Shown: in pieces, positions 49,844 through 60,813 of the stretch
Layout of the letters: every line of letters starts with the position of its first letter
Position numbering within the stretch: position 1 is the stretch's first letter
Assembly (NCBI GenBank): GCA_965649295.1
Contig: CBFGKH010000002.1
Coordinates: 160,001-224,000, forward strand
From: a candidate division WOR-3 bacterium
Lineage (GTDB): Bacteria > Hydrothermota > Tepidihabitantia > Tepidihabitantales > Tepidihabitantaceae
DNA: 64,000 nt
Direction: 5' to 3'
Position numbers and translations under genes: made by a program
The notes under the pieces: model-generated
What the model was told of the DNA's origin: nothing
What the model saw: only the letters and a program-made list of their open reading frames with translations
Databases searched by the model: none

Positions 49844-52800
49844 TTAGTGCTCGATAACGAGCTTGCGCGTCAGCACATTGTTACTCGACTCGAGCCGAAC
49901 GAGATAGACGCCTGCCGGCAACTGGCGAAGGTCAAGAGCCATTGGCCCGGAACCGGTACCTACCAGTTGGCGAATGAGGACTCGCCGGCCAAGCGGGTCG
50001 AAGAGCGAAATCGTGGCTGTGCGGCCAGGTAAGCCAGCAGTGATGTTGAGAATGCCGGAACGGAGCGGATTGGGTGCTATTATCAATCGCCACTCGTCGG
50101 CTAGTGGGCCGTGTTGAGTCACGCCGTCGGCCTGGGGCCGGCCGGAGTAGAGGTCGGTAGTCGGCGTGTAGCGCCAGAACTCGCGGGTCTTGTTGCCTTT
50201 GAGGGCGTAGATGATGCCGTCAGCGCGAGCCGCAATCCCGGCTCCACCCTTGACCAGCCGGCGCTTGCGGGTAACCGGGCTGTAGCTGGGCAGAGATTCG
50301 AGTTCGGTCCAGGAGTCCCTGCTGATCCGGTAGCGGAAGAAGTCCTGACTGTTGGCTCCCTTGAGCGAGTAGATGTCGCCGGCGTAGTAGGTGGCGCAGC
50401 CGCCTTCTTTTGACTTCCGCGTCCGGCCGTAGCGGTTCGTGAGCGGCATTCCGGTCAGCATTCGGCTTGTGTCCCAGCGGCCAGTTGCCAGGTCAAACCG
50501 CCAGAGTTCGTGGTAGCGGGCCTTGTGCAAGTAGAGGCTCATCGTACCGTCAAAGACAAGCCAGGAGCCGTACTCAATCTTCGGCCCGCGACCGACGGGA
50601 ATGCCGGGTAATTCTTGCCAAGTGTCAGCGGTGATGTCATAGCGGTAGAACTCAAGGGTACCGCTGCCTTTGGCAAGATAGACCGACTGTTGGCCACCGT
50701 AGTCAACGTAGGCCATGGCAGTGCCGCCCTTCAGTTTGCGGCGCCTCACTCCCAAGGGGATTGATTCGAGCTCAAGCCAGCTATCACCACTGATGCTGTA
50801 GCGATAGAACTTACTCGTGTTGTTACCCTTGGCCGTATAGATGTAGTTGTCACCGTCAGTAGTCGCGCCCGAGCCTTTGGCTGGCGGCCTGTCCTCGCGG
50901 CCACGCTCATACGGGTTGCGCAGAGTCCAGCCGCCGCCGACAGGATCGAAGCAGTAGAAGTCTTCGGTCTTGTTGCCTTTGGCGGCAAAGAACCGGTCGT
51001 GGTTGCGATTATAGACGAGCCAGCCACCATCACCGACTGGTTTGTTGGAGTTGTCGAGCGGGACCGGATTCAGCTCCACCCAGCCGGCTGGTGCCGGCGC
51101 GCGCACAGCGAGCCAGGTTCGGGCAGTATCGTTGCTGCGGCGAGTATCAGTACCCAGCAGCGTTATGCCGACAACACTGTGGAGGCCGGCCGGACCAGCA
51201 GCCCAGGTCGGGAAGACAACCTGCTGATAGCTGCCGGGTGCATGGTTGACCACATCTACCGAGCAGTCATAGACCGTGCCGATGCGTACGAGAGCGCGAT
51301 AGCTCTCAGTCGTGTTGCCGTAGTTATAAAGCGAGCAGACCGGCGCTATCACTCGTCCCAACGGAATGTGGCCCGCCGGCACCAGTACCCGGGTGCAGCC
51401 GACGTCTGGTCGCGGATAGAGGACGCGCACCTCGGTGACCTGACGGTCGTCCTCAGGCGTATTGTCTCCAGCCAACCGAGTCGAGCAGGAGACAACGATT
51501 ACCCCAGTCGGTGACGCAACCCAGTTCGGGAAGGTTACCTCCCAGGTCACGCCGGCCGGATGGTTGCTGACCCATACTGACTCACGGTAGATGAGCGGGC
51601 CACCGATGTCCATCACGACAAAGTAGGATTCGGTGAACGAACCGTAGTTACGAACCGAGCAGGCCGGCGTTATCACCGCGCCGGAGTCAACTGTGCCGGT
51701 AGGTCTGACAATGAACGAGCAGCCGACATCGTGGCCGCCTGGCCGGCGCACGACGCAATGACCGGTGACTGAGTCGTTCGGAACGAGGTCCGGGCTGTAG
51801 ATAGTGCGGGCCTCCAGCGGAGTCACTCCGACAGTGGTGGCGGTCCAGTCGGGGAACGGCCCGACTTCGATTCTGTCACCCGGTCCCAAGTCGCTAACCC
51901 ACAGCGATTCGCGGTAGGCGCCGATTCTCAGTCTGGCCCAGAACGAGGCCGGTACGTTGCCAAAGTTGGCAACCGAGCAGGCCGGCGTTATCACCGTGCC
52001 CGAGTCAATCACCGCGCCGTCAGCGGGAGCGACGAGCGCCGTTGCTCCAACATCCCGTACCCGCACCATCACCGGCTGGGTCAGCGTGTTGTCGTCAGGC
52101 CTCACATCGTTGGGGATGATCGCGCTGGCAGTGGCAGTCCAATCCCCGCGCTGCCACCCGTCGAAGGCGCCGAAGCTGATGGTCAGTCGCTCGCCGGGTA
52201 GGGCCGAGACAGTCTGGGTCGCGTTGTAGTTCGCCAGATCGAATGTGACACCAAACGTCTCGGGTACGTTGCCCTGATTACCCACAGTGACTACCGGCGC
52301 GACAAGCTGGGTCGAGTCAATCGTATCGGTCGGTGCAACAATGTCCTCGACACTCACGTCTCGCACACGAACAAAGACCGAGTCAAGGGCAACGTTGTTC
52401 AGAAGATTGGTGTCACCATCGAGCGTAGTTGTGGCGATGACAAGATGTCGGCCCCGCGGCCAGTCGCTGTAAGCCGGGAAGGTGACGCGGGCACCGGTTC
52501 CTGGGGCCAGGCCGAACACAGTCTCGGTTGCCACATAGAACGGCGGCATGGTCGCGCCGATGCTGATTGTCACCGGAATGTCAATTGGGAAGTTGCCGTG
52601 ATTATGGACCGAGCAGGCCGGGGCAACAGTCTGAGTCGAATCAATCGTGTCGGTCGGTGCAAATATCCGCCAAGAGCCGCCGTCACGGATTTCCGGGCAG
52701 ATGTCAACCCGGCTGACACCAAAGTCGGCAACCGTCATTACCGACATGGCATAGGTTTCGATGACACTGGTGATGACACTGAAACCGGCCCCAATGTTGA

Positions 52801-54091
52801 GGCTAGCCAGGACCAGGGTGTCAATCACGCAGACCGGCCGGTTGCCATTGGTGTCGAGGGTGACAAAGTGGGCGTCGTCCTGGCCGATGGCCCAGGGGCT
52901 ATTAGTGTAACCGGCAATGGCATAACGGATGGTATCGCGGACAATGGCAAAGGCCTTCTCGTCCTGGGCCCCGGGCTGACTGGGATGAACCCGCGACCAG
53001 ACCGGGTTGCCGTTGACTGGTTCAACCTTCAGCGCCAGCATGTTGAAGTTCGGCACCCCTGGCCCGGCGCCGTTGGTCCAGCCGGCAACGGTGTAGCCCC
53101 GGAGCGAATCAACGACAAGACAGCGCTCGCCCATCGCTTTCTCTTCAGACAGGTCCCAGCCATAGACCCTTGCCCAGCTCGTGACGCCAGCCGGCGAAAG
53201 TTTCCAGAGCAGAATGTTGTCGCTGAGCGAGCCACCCGCGCCCCAGTTACCGCTCCAGCCGGCAACGATGATGTCCTTGCCGTCATACGCCACTGACCAA
53301 GCCTCGGTACTGGAAGCAGCGCTGGTGATTACTGGCTGATTGGCAGCCGGCCAGACCAGATTGCCGTTCAGAGCATCAACCTTCATCACAAAGGCGTTGG
53401 TCGTGCCGAGACCGCTGAACGGCTTGAACCGGCCGCAGACCACATAGGACGGATTGAGTGGACTTGGCACCTCGCAGATGCTCAGGCCTTCGGTCCAGTC
53501 GCTGCCCAGCAGATAGTTCCTTGCCCAGATCGGTGTACCAGTTCCGTTCAGCTTCAGCACCACTGCCTGGCGTATACCGCCTAGCTCGGAGTAGCCGGTA
53601 ACCGCATAACCACCGTCAGCAGTCGGGATCACCGCCATCGCCTTGTCATCACCGCCGCGGCCAAAAGTCTGGCCCCACATCAGGTTGCCGTCAGCCGCGA
53701 GCTTGACCACAAAGATATCGGCGCTGGGCGGGTTGAGGTTGCGGGTCCAGCCAGCGATAACGCAGCCGCCGTCAGCAGTCGCGGCGACCGATTGAACAAC
53801 GTCGGCAAAGTTACCCGGCGGTATTGGCCCGGTTGTTCGCGCCCAGGAGACAGCGCCGTTCGGCTTCACCTTGAAGACGAGTAGGTTAGTGTCAGCCGGG
53901 CCGCCAGTCGCCATGGTCGTGTAACCGGCCACAAACCAGCCCGAATCAGCAGCAGCGGCAATACTCAGCGCGCGCTCGCTGAGCTGGGTGCCATAGCAGC
54001 CGCACGGCAGCGGCACCGCAGTAGCAGCAGCCGGCAGCAAGAAACTAAGAAAGACAAGAAGGAGAAGGTGCTGAAGGCAGAAGCGGCTCAT
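49844..54091 (-). CDS. Large secreted beta-propeller + CARDB + Kelch-like protein with T9SS-like tail
   Basis: TADGG..AG.T / W...YG propeller repeats, five Ig-like repeats, KGNKT repeats, FDPLGR..GVYLVRL; RBS ggaggt. Confidence 0.8.
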   Translation of the reverse strand: MSRFCLQHLLLLVFLSFLLPAAATAVPLPCGCYGTQLSERALSIAAAADSGWFVAGYTTMATGGPADTNLLVFKVKPNGAVSWARTTGPIPPGNFADVVQSVAATADGGCVIAGWTRNLNPPSADIFVVKLAADGNLMWGQTFGRGGDDKAMAVIPTADGGYAVTGYSELGGIRQAVVLKLNGTGTPIWARNYLLGSDWTEGLSICEVPSPLNPSYVVCGRFKPFSGLGTTNAFVMKVDALNGNLVWPAANQPVITSAASSTEAWSVAYDGKDIIVAGWSGNWGAGGSLSDNILLWKLSPAGVTSWARVYGWDLSEEKAMGERCLVVDSLRGYTVAGWTNGAGPGVPNFNMLALKVEPVNGNPVWSRVHPSQPGAQDEKAFAIVRDTIRYAIAGYTNSPWAIGQDDAHFVTLDTNGNRPVCVIDTLVLASLNIGAGFSVITSVIETYAMSVMTVADFGVSRVDICPEIRDGGSWRIFAPTDTIDSTQTVAPACSVHNHGNFPIDIPVTISIGATMPPFYVATETVFGLAPGTGARVTFPAYSDWPRGRHLVIATTTLDGDTNLLNNVALDSVFVRVRDVSVEDIVAPTDTIDSTQLVAPVVTVGNQGNVPETFGVTFDLANYNATQTVSALPGERLTISFGAFDGWQRGDWTATASAIIPNDVRPDDNTLTQPVMVRVRDVGATALVAPADGAVIDSGTVITPACSVANFGNVPASFWARLRIGAYRESLWVSDLGPGDRIEVGPFPDWTATTVGVTPLEARTIYSPDLVPNDSVTGHCVVRRPGGHDVGCSFIVRPTGTVDSGAVITPACSVRNYGSFTESYFVVMDIGGPLIYRESVWVSNHPAGVTWEVTFPNWVASPTGVIVVSCSTRLAGDNTPEDDRQVTEVRVLYPRPDVGCTRVLVPAGHIPLGRVIAPVCSLYNYGNTTESYRALVRIGTVYDCSVDVVNHAPGSYQQVVFPTWAAGPAGLHSVVGITLLGTDTRRSNDTARTWLAVRAPAPAGWVELNPVPLDNSNKPVGDGGWLVYNRNHDRFFAAKGNKTEDFYCFDPVGGGWTLRNPYERGREDRPPAKGSGATTDGDNYIYTAKGNNTSKFYRYSISGDSWLELESIPLGVRRRKLKGGTAMAYVDYGGQQSVYLAKGSGTLEFYRYDITADTWQELPGIPVGRGPKIEYGSWLVFDGTMSLYLHKARYHELWRFDLATGRWDTSRMLTGMPLTNRYGRTRKSKEGGCATYYAGDIYSLKGANSQDFFRYRISRDSWTELESLPSYSPVTRKRRLVKGGAGIAARADGIIYALKGNKTREFWRYTPTTDLYSGRPQADGVTQHGPLADEWRLIIAPNPLRSGILNITAGLPGRTATISLFDPLGRRVLIRQLVGTGSGPMALDLRQLPAGVYLVRLESSNNVLTRKLVIEH

Positions 54092-54357
54092 ACAAACCTC
54101 CGGAGAGCTAGAGCTTGGCAGCCAGTCCCGCAGTCGCGCTGCGGGCAACGACGCAACTAAAGTCTAACTTGCCCGCTGGGAGTGTCAATCAGCCCAACCG
54201 CGGCCCGACGACATCACTATACAAACAGACGGTGTTCGAGCAGAAGTCGCTTCCCGGCGTGGTAACGCGTTGGGTTCTGCTGGTGGTCATGCACCTTCGC
54301 TGTCCTTGATGCAGAAGACTGTTGCTGCTATATTCGGGGAAATCGGCCCCAACGGCG

Positions 54358-54516
54358 ATGGCACTTGATGTCTTTCAGCTCCGCAACGAAGTAGTCAACG
54401 AGTACGCCGCTTACGTCCAGGGTTTTCTCAATATCCGTGATGCAAGAATCGGTCAAGCGGTTCAGGCGGCGTTGGCGTCAGGCGCCCTCTGGCCCGAGCC
54501 GCTGACGGGAAGGTGA
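54358..54516 (+). pseudogene. 5' stub of a DEAD/DEAH (DUF1998-type) helicase gene
   Basis: MALDVFQLRNEVVNEYAAYVQGFLNIRDARI...GALWPEPL resembles that family's N-terminus; ends after 52 codons. Confidence 0.65.
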
Positions 54517-54532
54517 GGGTGAGGGTGAAGGT

Positions 54533-55741
54533 GTGAGTACGACATTCACGTGGCTATCTTTCTCTGAGAAGGAACGACGGCGGGCACTTGATATCATTAG
54601 TCAGTTCAGAGAGCAGGAAACGCGCGATGAGTTGGGGATAGGGTCGGTCCGCGATGCCTATGCAGAGATACTCTTCCCCGGCACCGGAACCGTGCAGACC
54701 CGAGCCAAGTACTTTCTGTTCATTCCGTGGATCTACTTGGCGCTGGAGCGCAAGCAGGTGAAGGGCGTTGATTTTGAATCTCGGGCACGGAGGGCAGAGA
54801 TTGCTCTGATTGAGAGTCTCAGAAAGTCCGGCGACCGGGCCGGTCTCATCGGCGTCGATGCGAGGGCATCGCTGAAGCGCCTACCCAGCGAGATTTACTG
54901 GAGCGGGTTACGGACATGGGGCATCAGGCTTTTCCCGGGCGCGCGGTATCAGTACTTCCGGTACATCGACCGTTTCTATGAGCACCAGCGATGTGGTCAA
55001 GCTGACGGCGACGACCAAGAGAGCGGCAGCGCTGTTCGAGGGAACTGGCACAGCGGCCTGCCGGAACCTGACCCTGGTTTTCCGACAAATGCGGAATTCG
55101 CCCTCTCGCGTGACCAGGCCGTCTACCTCAAGGAGCAGGTGATGTTGAGGGCACCAAACTCCATGCTGGCCTTTCTTGTCGACAGGGGTAAGCCGGTTGG
55201 TGAGGAGGTGAGGTTTCCTTGGGAGCACCCTCAATATGCCGAGATGGGTGACGTCATACAAAGTGAACTTGGGCACGCCCGGCGCTTCTCAGACGCTATG
55301 TACGGAGCCACCATGCTCTATAACCTGATGCTTGCGGAGAAGCGAAGAGAAGGCGAGTGGCGGGAGTCTTACCGTGAAGAACTGGATGGTTGGCGCGACG
55401 ACATCAGCAAGAGGCGGCGCGAGTTCAGGGCGTGGGATATGACCGCATTATGGCACATCGCTGGCAAGAGTGGGATCGTGATTCCGCGACTTGCCAAACT
55501 GTTCACCGAGAGCTGGGTTACCCTTGCCATCCAGAGCGGTCTGTCGGAAACGAACTGGGAGCAGCGTGCACGGCAGATGGTCCATGATCGTGAGCGGCAA
55601 GTGAAGGGGGCGGCCGCTCGGCTTGACGACTCGCGAAAGCTGGAAAGATGGTCAGGTGCTTCGGCGGCCTTCCGAATCAACTACCGCTGGCCACAGGCCA
55701 GGAGAATCACAAACGACATCTTGGCGGGGCTCGGAAGATGA
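54533..55741 (+). CDS. DUF6361-like protein (Azaca ZacA-like)
   Basis: TRDELGIGSVRDA...FPG..TVQTRAKYFLFIPW, RLPSEIYWSGL..WGI, YRW. Confidence 0.7.
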   Translation: MSTTFTWLSFSEKERRRALDIISQFREQETRDELGIGSVRDAYAEILFPGTGTVQTRAKYFLFIPWIYLALERKQVKGVDFESRARRAEIALIESLRKSGDRAGLIGVDARASLKRLPSEIYWSGLRTWGIRLFPGARYQYFRYIDRFYEHQRCGQADGDDQESGSAVRGNWHSGLPEPDPGFPTNAEFALSRDQAVYLKEQVMLRAPNSMLAFLVDRGKPVGEEVRFPWEHPQYAEMGDVIQSELGHARRFSDAMYGATMLYNLMLAEKRREGEWRESYREELDGWRDDISKRRREFRAWDMTALWHIAGKSGIVIPRLAKLFTESWVTLAIQSGLSETNWEQRARQMVHDRERQVKGAAARLDDSRKLERWSGASAAFRINYRWPQARRITNDILAGLGR

Positions 55742-57597
55742 ACAGTCTGCTTGCTCCACAGGACCGAACCGGTCTGTTGGAAATGCTGCGGCCGCCCGAT
55801 GGTTACCACATCACCGACGCCATCGGCGCCACCTATTCGCTTGACCTTGCCACCTTGCTTTCGATCCCGGTGGCAATGACATTTCCGTACTGGGAAGATG
55901 ACAGTCATAGCTCAGAGACTTCCTCCTTAGTGGTCTTACAATCACTGCGGCGCCAGGCGGACCGGATTACGGTGTTTTGCCAGGCAGGGGGCATCAAGTT
56001 GCCCACACGCAACAAACTCCTGTTGAGCTACCTCGAGAAATCGGTATACGATGTCACCGCGAGGAGCCGTTTCGGAGTCTTCCACCCAAAAGTATGGGTA
56101 ATCCGGTTCGAAGGGCAGAAGAAGAGCATACGCTATCGGCTGCTCTGTCTTACCAGGAATCTCACGTTTGACCAGTCGTGGGACACGGCGCTGGCGATGG
56201 ACGGCGAACTCACTGGCCGCAGCAAGCCCTACGCGAAAAACCACGGCATATGCGACCTCCTAGGTGCTCTACCAACCCTTGCTCTCGCCCGACCCGTGCC
56301 GCGGGAGCGGGTGTCGGCTATCAGGCGTATTGTGCACGAGCTCCGAGTCGTCGATTTCGAGGTACCGGACGGCTTCGATGATTACGTTACCTGGTCGTCC
56401 GGAATCGGACGGCGCAGTTCGTGGCCATTTGAACGCTGGTGCGACCGCTTCCTAGTAGTGTCGCCATTCCTGTCGGACGTGGTTCTTCGTCGTCTTGTCA
56501 AGAACAGCAGCGAACGGCGGTCATTACTGATTTCGCAGCCTGCCGCCATCGATTCGCTGCCTTCCAGCACCAGGGCGGCGTTCAAGAAGACCTTCGTTCT
56601 CAATCCAGCGGCTGAACTCGATGGCGCGGCAATGGTTGAGTCTGAAGAAGATATTGCCCAAGCCGGCGGTCTCCACGCCAAGCTGTACCTGCAGGAGAAA
56701 GGCTGGTATGCCACAGTCTGGACCGGCTCAGCCAATGCAACCGATGCCGCGTTCGAACAAAACGTTGAGTTCATGGTGGGGCTGAAGGGAATGCGTAGCC
56801 GAGTTGGGATAGACGTTCTCTTGGCCAAGGACAAGAACCAAACCAGTCTGTTCGATATGCTGGAGGAATATTCACCCGAAAGCGACAATCAGCCAGCGGG
56901 TGATGTGCAAGCGCGGCTCGACAGAGCGGCCGCTGACGCCGCACGCTCGCTGGCTGAATCCCGACCGGAGTGCAGGGTCAGCCGCAGGCAGAGAGGGTGC
57001 TTCACGATGCAAGTCAGAACAACGAGGGGCAGGTGGCATCCGTCCGACTCCATTTGTGCCGTCTGCTGGCCGGTCAGTCTACAGGAATCGTCGGCCGTCA
57101 CCCTAGACAGAACTGGCTCCGCTACGTTTGAGAACGTGACGATAGAGGCACTCACTTCGTTCTTTGCCTTTGACGTAACCTTCTCTGAGGGCCCACGCCG
57201 TTCGCTCCATCGCCGGTTTGTCCTGAACCTGCCGCTGGTCGGTGTGCCGGCAGAAAGAGAGGATGTTGTTCTGCGAACGCTCTTATCCTCTCACGGCCAC
57301 GTGCTGCGGTTCCTGTTGCTGCTCCTGGGCAATGACGAAGTAGGTGGTCCTGACCATCACACGGGCTGGTCGTGGTCCCAAGACCCGTGCGGCGTTCGAT
57401 CGGAATCCGTAGTTACTGAGCCAACGTTGTTTGAGTTGCTGGTACGCACGCTGGTGCGAGACCGTGACCGTCTCAAGGAAGTCGCTCGCCTGGTTGATGA
57501 CCTGCGTCGGACTGATGAAGGAACCAAGTTACTACCACCGGGCTTTGACAGCATTTGGGATCCGGTCTGGGAAGCGTATCAGAGGACCCGCCGATGA
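55738..57597 (+). CDS. Phospholipase D-like nuclease-fold protein (ZacB-like)
   Basis: TYSLDL, FHPKVW...TRNLT, VSPF, LHAKLY...TGSANAT..N.EF; ATGA-coupled. Confidence 0.72.
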   Translation: MNSLLAPQDRTGLLEMLRPPDGYHITDAIGATYSLDLATLLSIPVAMTFPYWEDDSHSSETSSLVVLQSLRRQADRITVFCQAGGIKLPTRNKLLLSYLEKSVYDVTARSRFGVFHPKVWVIRFEGQKKSIRYRLLCLTRNLTFDQSWDTALAMDGELTGRSKPYAKNHGICDLLGALPTLALARPVPRERVSAIRRIVHELRVVDFEVPDGFDDYVTWSSGIGRRSSWPFERWCDRFLVVSPFLSDVVLRRLVKNSSERRSLLISQPAAIDSLPSSTRAAFKKTFVLNPAAELDGAAMVESEEDIAQAGGLHAKLYLQEKGWYATVWTGSANATDAAFEQNVEFMVGLKGMRSRVGIDVLLAKDKNQTSLFDMLEEYSPESDNQPAGDVQARLDRAAADAARSLAESRPECRVSRRQRGCFTMQVRTTRGRWHPSDSICAVCWPVSLQESSAVTLDRTGSATFENVTIEALTSFFAFDVTFSEGPRRSLHRRFVLNLPLVGVPAEREDVVLRTLLSSHGHVLRFLLLLLGNDEVGGPDHHTGWSWSQDPCGVRSESVVTEPTLFELLVRTLVRDRDRLKEVARLVDDLRRTDEGTKLLPPGFDSIWDPVWEAYQRTRR

Positions 57598-60500
57598 AAC
57601 GACACTCAGGGCTGGTGGACGTCGAGAAGGTCTTGTCCGTGCTCAAACGCTTTCAGCGCGACACCGTGGACTACGTCTTCGGTCGGATGTATCTTGACAA
57701 CGACAAGACACGGCGGTTTCTGGTAGCCGATGAGGTCGGCCTCGGGAAGACACTCGTGGCACGCGGAGTCATCGCGCGCGTGATAGAGCATCTGGACAAA
57801 GAAGGACTTCCGCGGATAGACATAGTCTATATCTGCTCTAATGCCGATATCGCCCGTCAGAACATCGCGCGACTGAACGTAACCGGCAAGGATGACTTTG
57901 AGTTCACCTCGCGAATCACGATGCTGCCCGATGTCCTGCGCGACCTGAATGCTAACCGCGTTAATCTGGTGTCATTTACCCCGAGTACGTCATTTGACTT
58001 GGAGTCCGGCACCGGCCGAGCCGAGGAGCGAGCACTAATGTGCCGGTTGCTGGGTGGCGCATTCGACCTGCCGAGAACCGGTCTGATGAACGTCCTGCAG
58101 GTGAAAAAGGAGACCGGCGACTTCCGCTGGCTGGTTCGTAAGTACGAAGGCTGCGATTTGAGTAAGGAGATTTCTGATAGCTTCCCCCGCGCCGTAAAAC
58201 GGGCTTCCGACATTCTCCCGCAGCTACGTGAGCTCTGTCGAGCATTTCGCCGGACACGTAAGAACATCCCTCCTGATGAGCGGAACGCGTGCAGGATGAT
58301 AGTTGGCAAGTTGCGTGCGCTGCTGGCAGCTACGTGTCGTGAAGTGCTGAAACCCGCCCTCATTATTCTCGACGAATTCCAGCGGTTCAGGTACCTCCTT
58401 GAAGGTACCAGTGAAGCAGGACTGCTCGCCCGTGAGATGTTCGAGTATTCCAAGGGAGAAACCCAAGCACGGGTTCTACTTCTCTCGGCGACTCCGTACA
58501 AGATGTACACGATCGACGGAGTTGATGACGAGGATCACTACAAGGATTTTCAGCACACGCTCCAATTCCTGGCAGAGGGTTGCGAAGATGCCCCCGACTT
58601 CGAGTTGCTGCTGCGAGAATACCGCAGCGAACTACTAAGGCTGAACCATCCCAGAGGGCGATTCCAGGAGGCCAAAGAGCGACTGGAGAAGGCCCTGCGT
58701 AAGGTGATGGTGCGAACCGAGCGGCTGGCCGTGACTCCGGACCGCAGCGGAATGCTCAACTTCTCGACTGAGCTGCCAGTTCGCCTGCGGGCCTCCGATC
58801 TCTCAGCGTACGTCGCCACACAACGGCTGGCCACAGAACTTCGTTGCGGAGACGTACTGGAACTGTGGAAATCGACACCCTATATGCTGAATTTCATGGA
58901 GGGGTACAAGCTGAAGCAGCTTCTGCGGGAGCGCGTCGAAAAGAACGGAGGCGGGGCAGCGATCGTCCGGGCAATCGAAGGGTTACCCGACTTGCTGGCG
59001 CGTGCTGATATCGAGCGCTACCGGGCAATCGACCCTGGCAACGCCCGGCTTCGGGCGCTGGTGGAAGACATCCTTGACAAGGGACTTTGGAAACTGCTCT
59101 GGGTTCCGCCTGCCCTTCCTTATTACGACTTAGGCGGTCCGTTCTCCGACGAGGCGGCCCAGCGGTTCACAAAGAGGCTTGTATTCTCCACTTGGCGGCT
59201 GGTGCCACGGGTCATCTCGGCCGTGCTCAGCTACGAAGCTGAGCGACGAATGGTCACCTCCTTTTTCCCCCGTGCCGTCAATCCGCAAGGTGAGAGAAGA
59301 CGTCGTCCGCCCCTGCTCAGATTCAGCAAGACCGATGGCAGGTTGACCGGCATGCCAGTCCTTGGCCTGGTCTACCCATGTTTCACTTTGGTGCGCGAGT
59401 GTGATCCACTGCAGTTCTTTATCGAACGAGGCCAACGGCCTTCTCTCCAGCTGCTGATGCACGAAATGGAGCACAGAATCCAGCGGATGTTGGGCAGACT
59501 GAGGGTGCGTAATGTCGAAGATGGTCGCGAAGATGAGACTTGGTACTGGCTTACGCCCTTGCTGCTCGACTACGAGCACAACCCGCGGGCATTCTCGTCC
59601 TGGTTCGATCGCGACGACCTGGCACAACGCTGGAGTCGCGGTCTCACCGACGAGGTGTCAGCATATTGGGAAGATCACGTGAACGAGGCACGTCGCCGTG
59701 TTGACGAGTACCGGGCGGGAAAGCAGGTGCTCGGGCGCCGCCCAGCGGACTTGGCAGAGGTCTTGGCACAGTCGGGGATTGCCGGGTTCGGCACCGTCGT
59801 CCTGCGGGCACTGTGCCGCGTTGCCGGCAGTAGAAGGGCCGCTACTAATGTACTGGTTCGCGACGCGAGCGCAGCGCCGGCGCACTCATTTCTCTCCCTT
59901 TTTAACGCGCAGGACGCCATGCCGATGATCAGAGGGTTGACCAAGAGAGGAAACGCCAAGGGCCAGCCCTACTGGCGACTTGTCATTAAGTATGCCCTTG
60001 AAGGGGGACTGCAAGCGGTGATGGACGAGTACGTTCACTTACTGCATGATTCGCCCGAGTATGTCGACCACGCCCCTGAAAGAGCTGTCGCGGCTGTAGC
60101 TGAAGCAGTGCAAACCGCGATGGCGCTTAGGCCAGCACAGCCAGGTATAGACTGGGTCAGCGTCACCCCCCGCAGCCGTAAGGTCAGAATCGAGGGCGGG
60201 AGACTACGGAACAGGTTCGCAGTGCGGTTCGGCGACGATGAGGCGGATCTGGCACGCGAAGGCGTGCGTGCCGAACAGATTCGCAAGGCCTTCAATTCGC
60301 CGTTCTGGCCATTTGTGCTGGCAACGACTTCGGTCGGCCAGGAAGGCCTTGACTTTCATTGCTATTGCCATGCGGTGGTGCACTGGAACCTGCCAGCTAA
60401 CCCTGTTGACCTGGAGCAACGCGAGGGACGCGTACACCGCTACAAAGGACTCGCGGTTCGCCGCAACCTGGCGGTCCGCTACGGGTCCGGCAGGTTGCTG

Positions 60501-60812
60501 GCGGGCGGAGCCGATCCGTGGGCCACGATGTTCCAACTTGCGGTACGCGACCAACCGCCGGGGCGCGGCGACATTTGGCCCTATTGGGTTTGTACCTGCG
60601 AGAAAGGGGTAATGATTGAGCGCCACGTGCCAATGCTACCACTAAGTCGAGAATCCGATCGGCTAAGCTGGCTCCAACGCTCGCTGGCCGCCTATCGCAT
60701 GGTCTTTGGTCAGGCCCGCCAAGAGGACCTGCTGCAGTACCTCATGGCGAGCGGAGCGGCTGACAACGTTGCAGACTTGACAATGGACCTGAGTCCACCG
60801 GGTCAACGCTAG
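57594..60812 (+). CDS. SF2 helicase (ZacC-like)
   Basis: ADEVGLGKT, DEFQ, LSATP, FNSPFWP, GQEGLDFH, EQREGRVHRY; ATGA-coupled. Confidence 0.88.
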   Translation: MKRHSGLVDVEKVLSVLKRFQRDTVDYVFGRMYLDNDKTRRFLVADEVGLGKTLVARGVIARVIEHLDKEGLPRIDIVYICSNADIARQNIARLNVTGKDDFEFTSRITMLPDVLRDLNANRVNLVSFTPSTSFDLESGTGRAEERALMCRLLGGAFDLPRTGLMNVLQVKKETGDFRWLVRKYEGCDLSKEISDSFPRAVKRASDILPQLRELCRAFRRTRKNIPPDERNACRMIVGKLRALLAATCREVLKPALIILDEFQRFRYLLEGTSEAGLLAREMFEYSKGETQARVLLLSATPYKMYTIDGVDDEDHYKDFQHTLQFLAEGCEDAPDFELLLREYRSELLRLNHPRGRFQEAKERLEKALRKVMVRTERLAVTPDRSGMLNFSTELPVRLRASDLSAYVATQRLATELRCGDVLELWKSTPYMLNFMEGYKLKQLLRERVEKNGGGAAIVRAIEGLPDLLARADIERYRAIDPGNARLRALVEDILDKGLWKLLWVPPALPYYDLGGPFSDEAAQRFTKRLVFSTWRLVPRVISAVLSYEAERRMVTSFFPRAVNPQGERRRRPPLLRFSKTDGRLTGMPVLGLVYPCFTLVRECDPLQFFIERGQRPSLQLLMHEMEHRIQRMLGRLRVRNVEDGREDETWYWLTPLLLDYEHNPRAFSSWFDRDDLAQRWSRGLTDEVSAYWEDHVNEARRRVDEYRAGKQVLGRRPADLAEVLAQSGIAGFGTVVLRALCRVAGSRRAATNVLVRDASAAPAHSFLSLFNAQDAMPMIRGLTKRGNAKGQPYWRLVIKYALEGGLQAVMDEYVHLLHDSPEYVDHAPERAVAAVAEAVQTAMALRPAQPGIDWVSVTPRSRKVRIEGGRLRNRFAVRFGDDEADLAREGVRAEQIRKAFNSPFWPFVLATTSVGQEGLDFHCYCHAVVHWNLPANPVDLEQREGRVHRYKGLAVRRNLAVRYGSGRLLAGGADPWATMFQLAVRDQPPGRGDIWPYWVCTCEKGVMIERHVPMLPLSRESDRLSWLQRSLAAYRMVFGQARQEDLLQYLMASGAADNVADLTMDLSPPGQR

Positions 60813-60813
60813 C

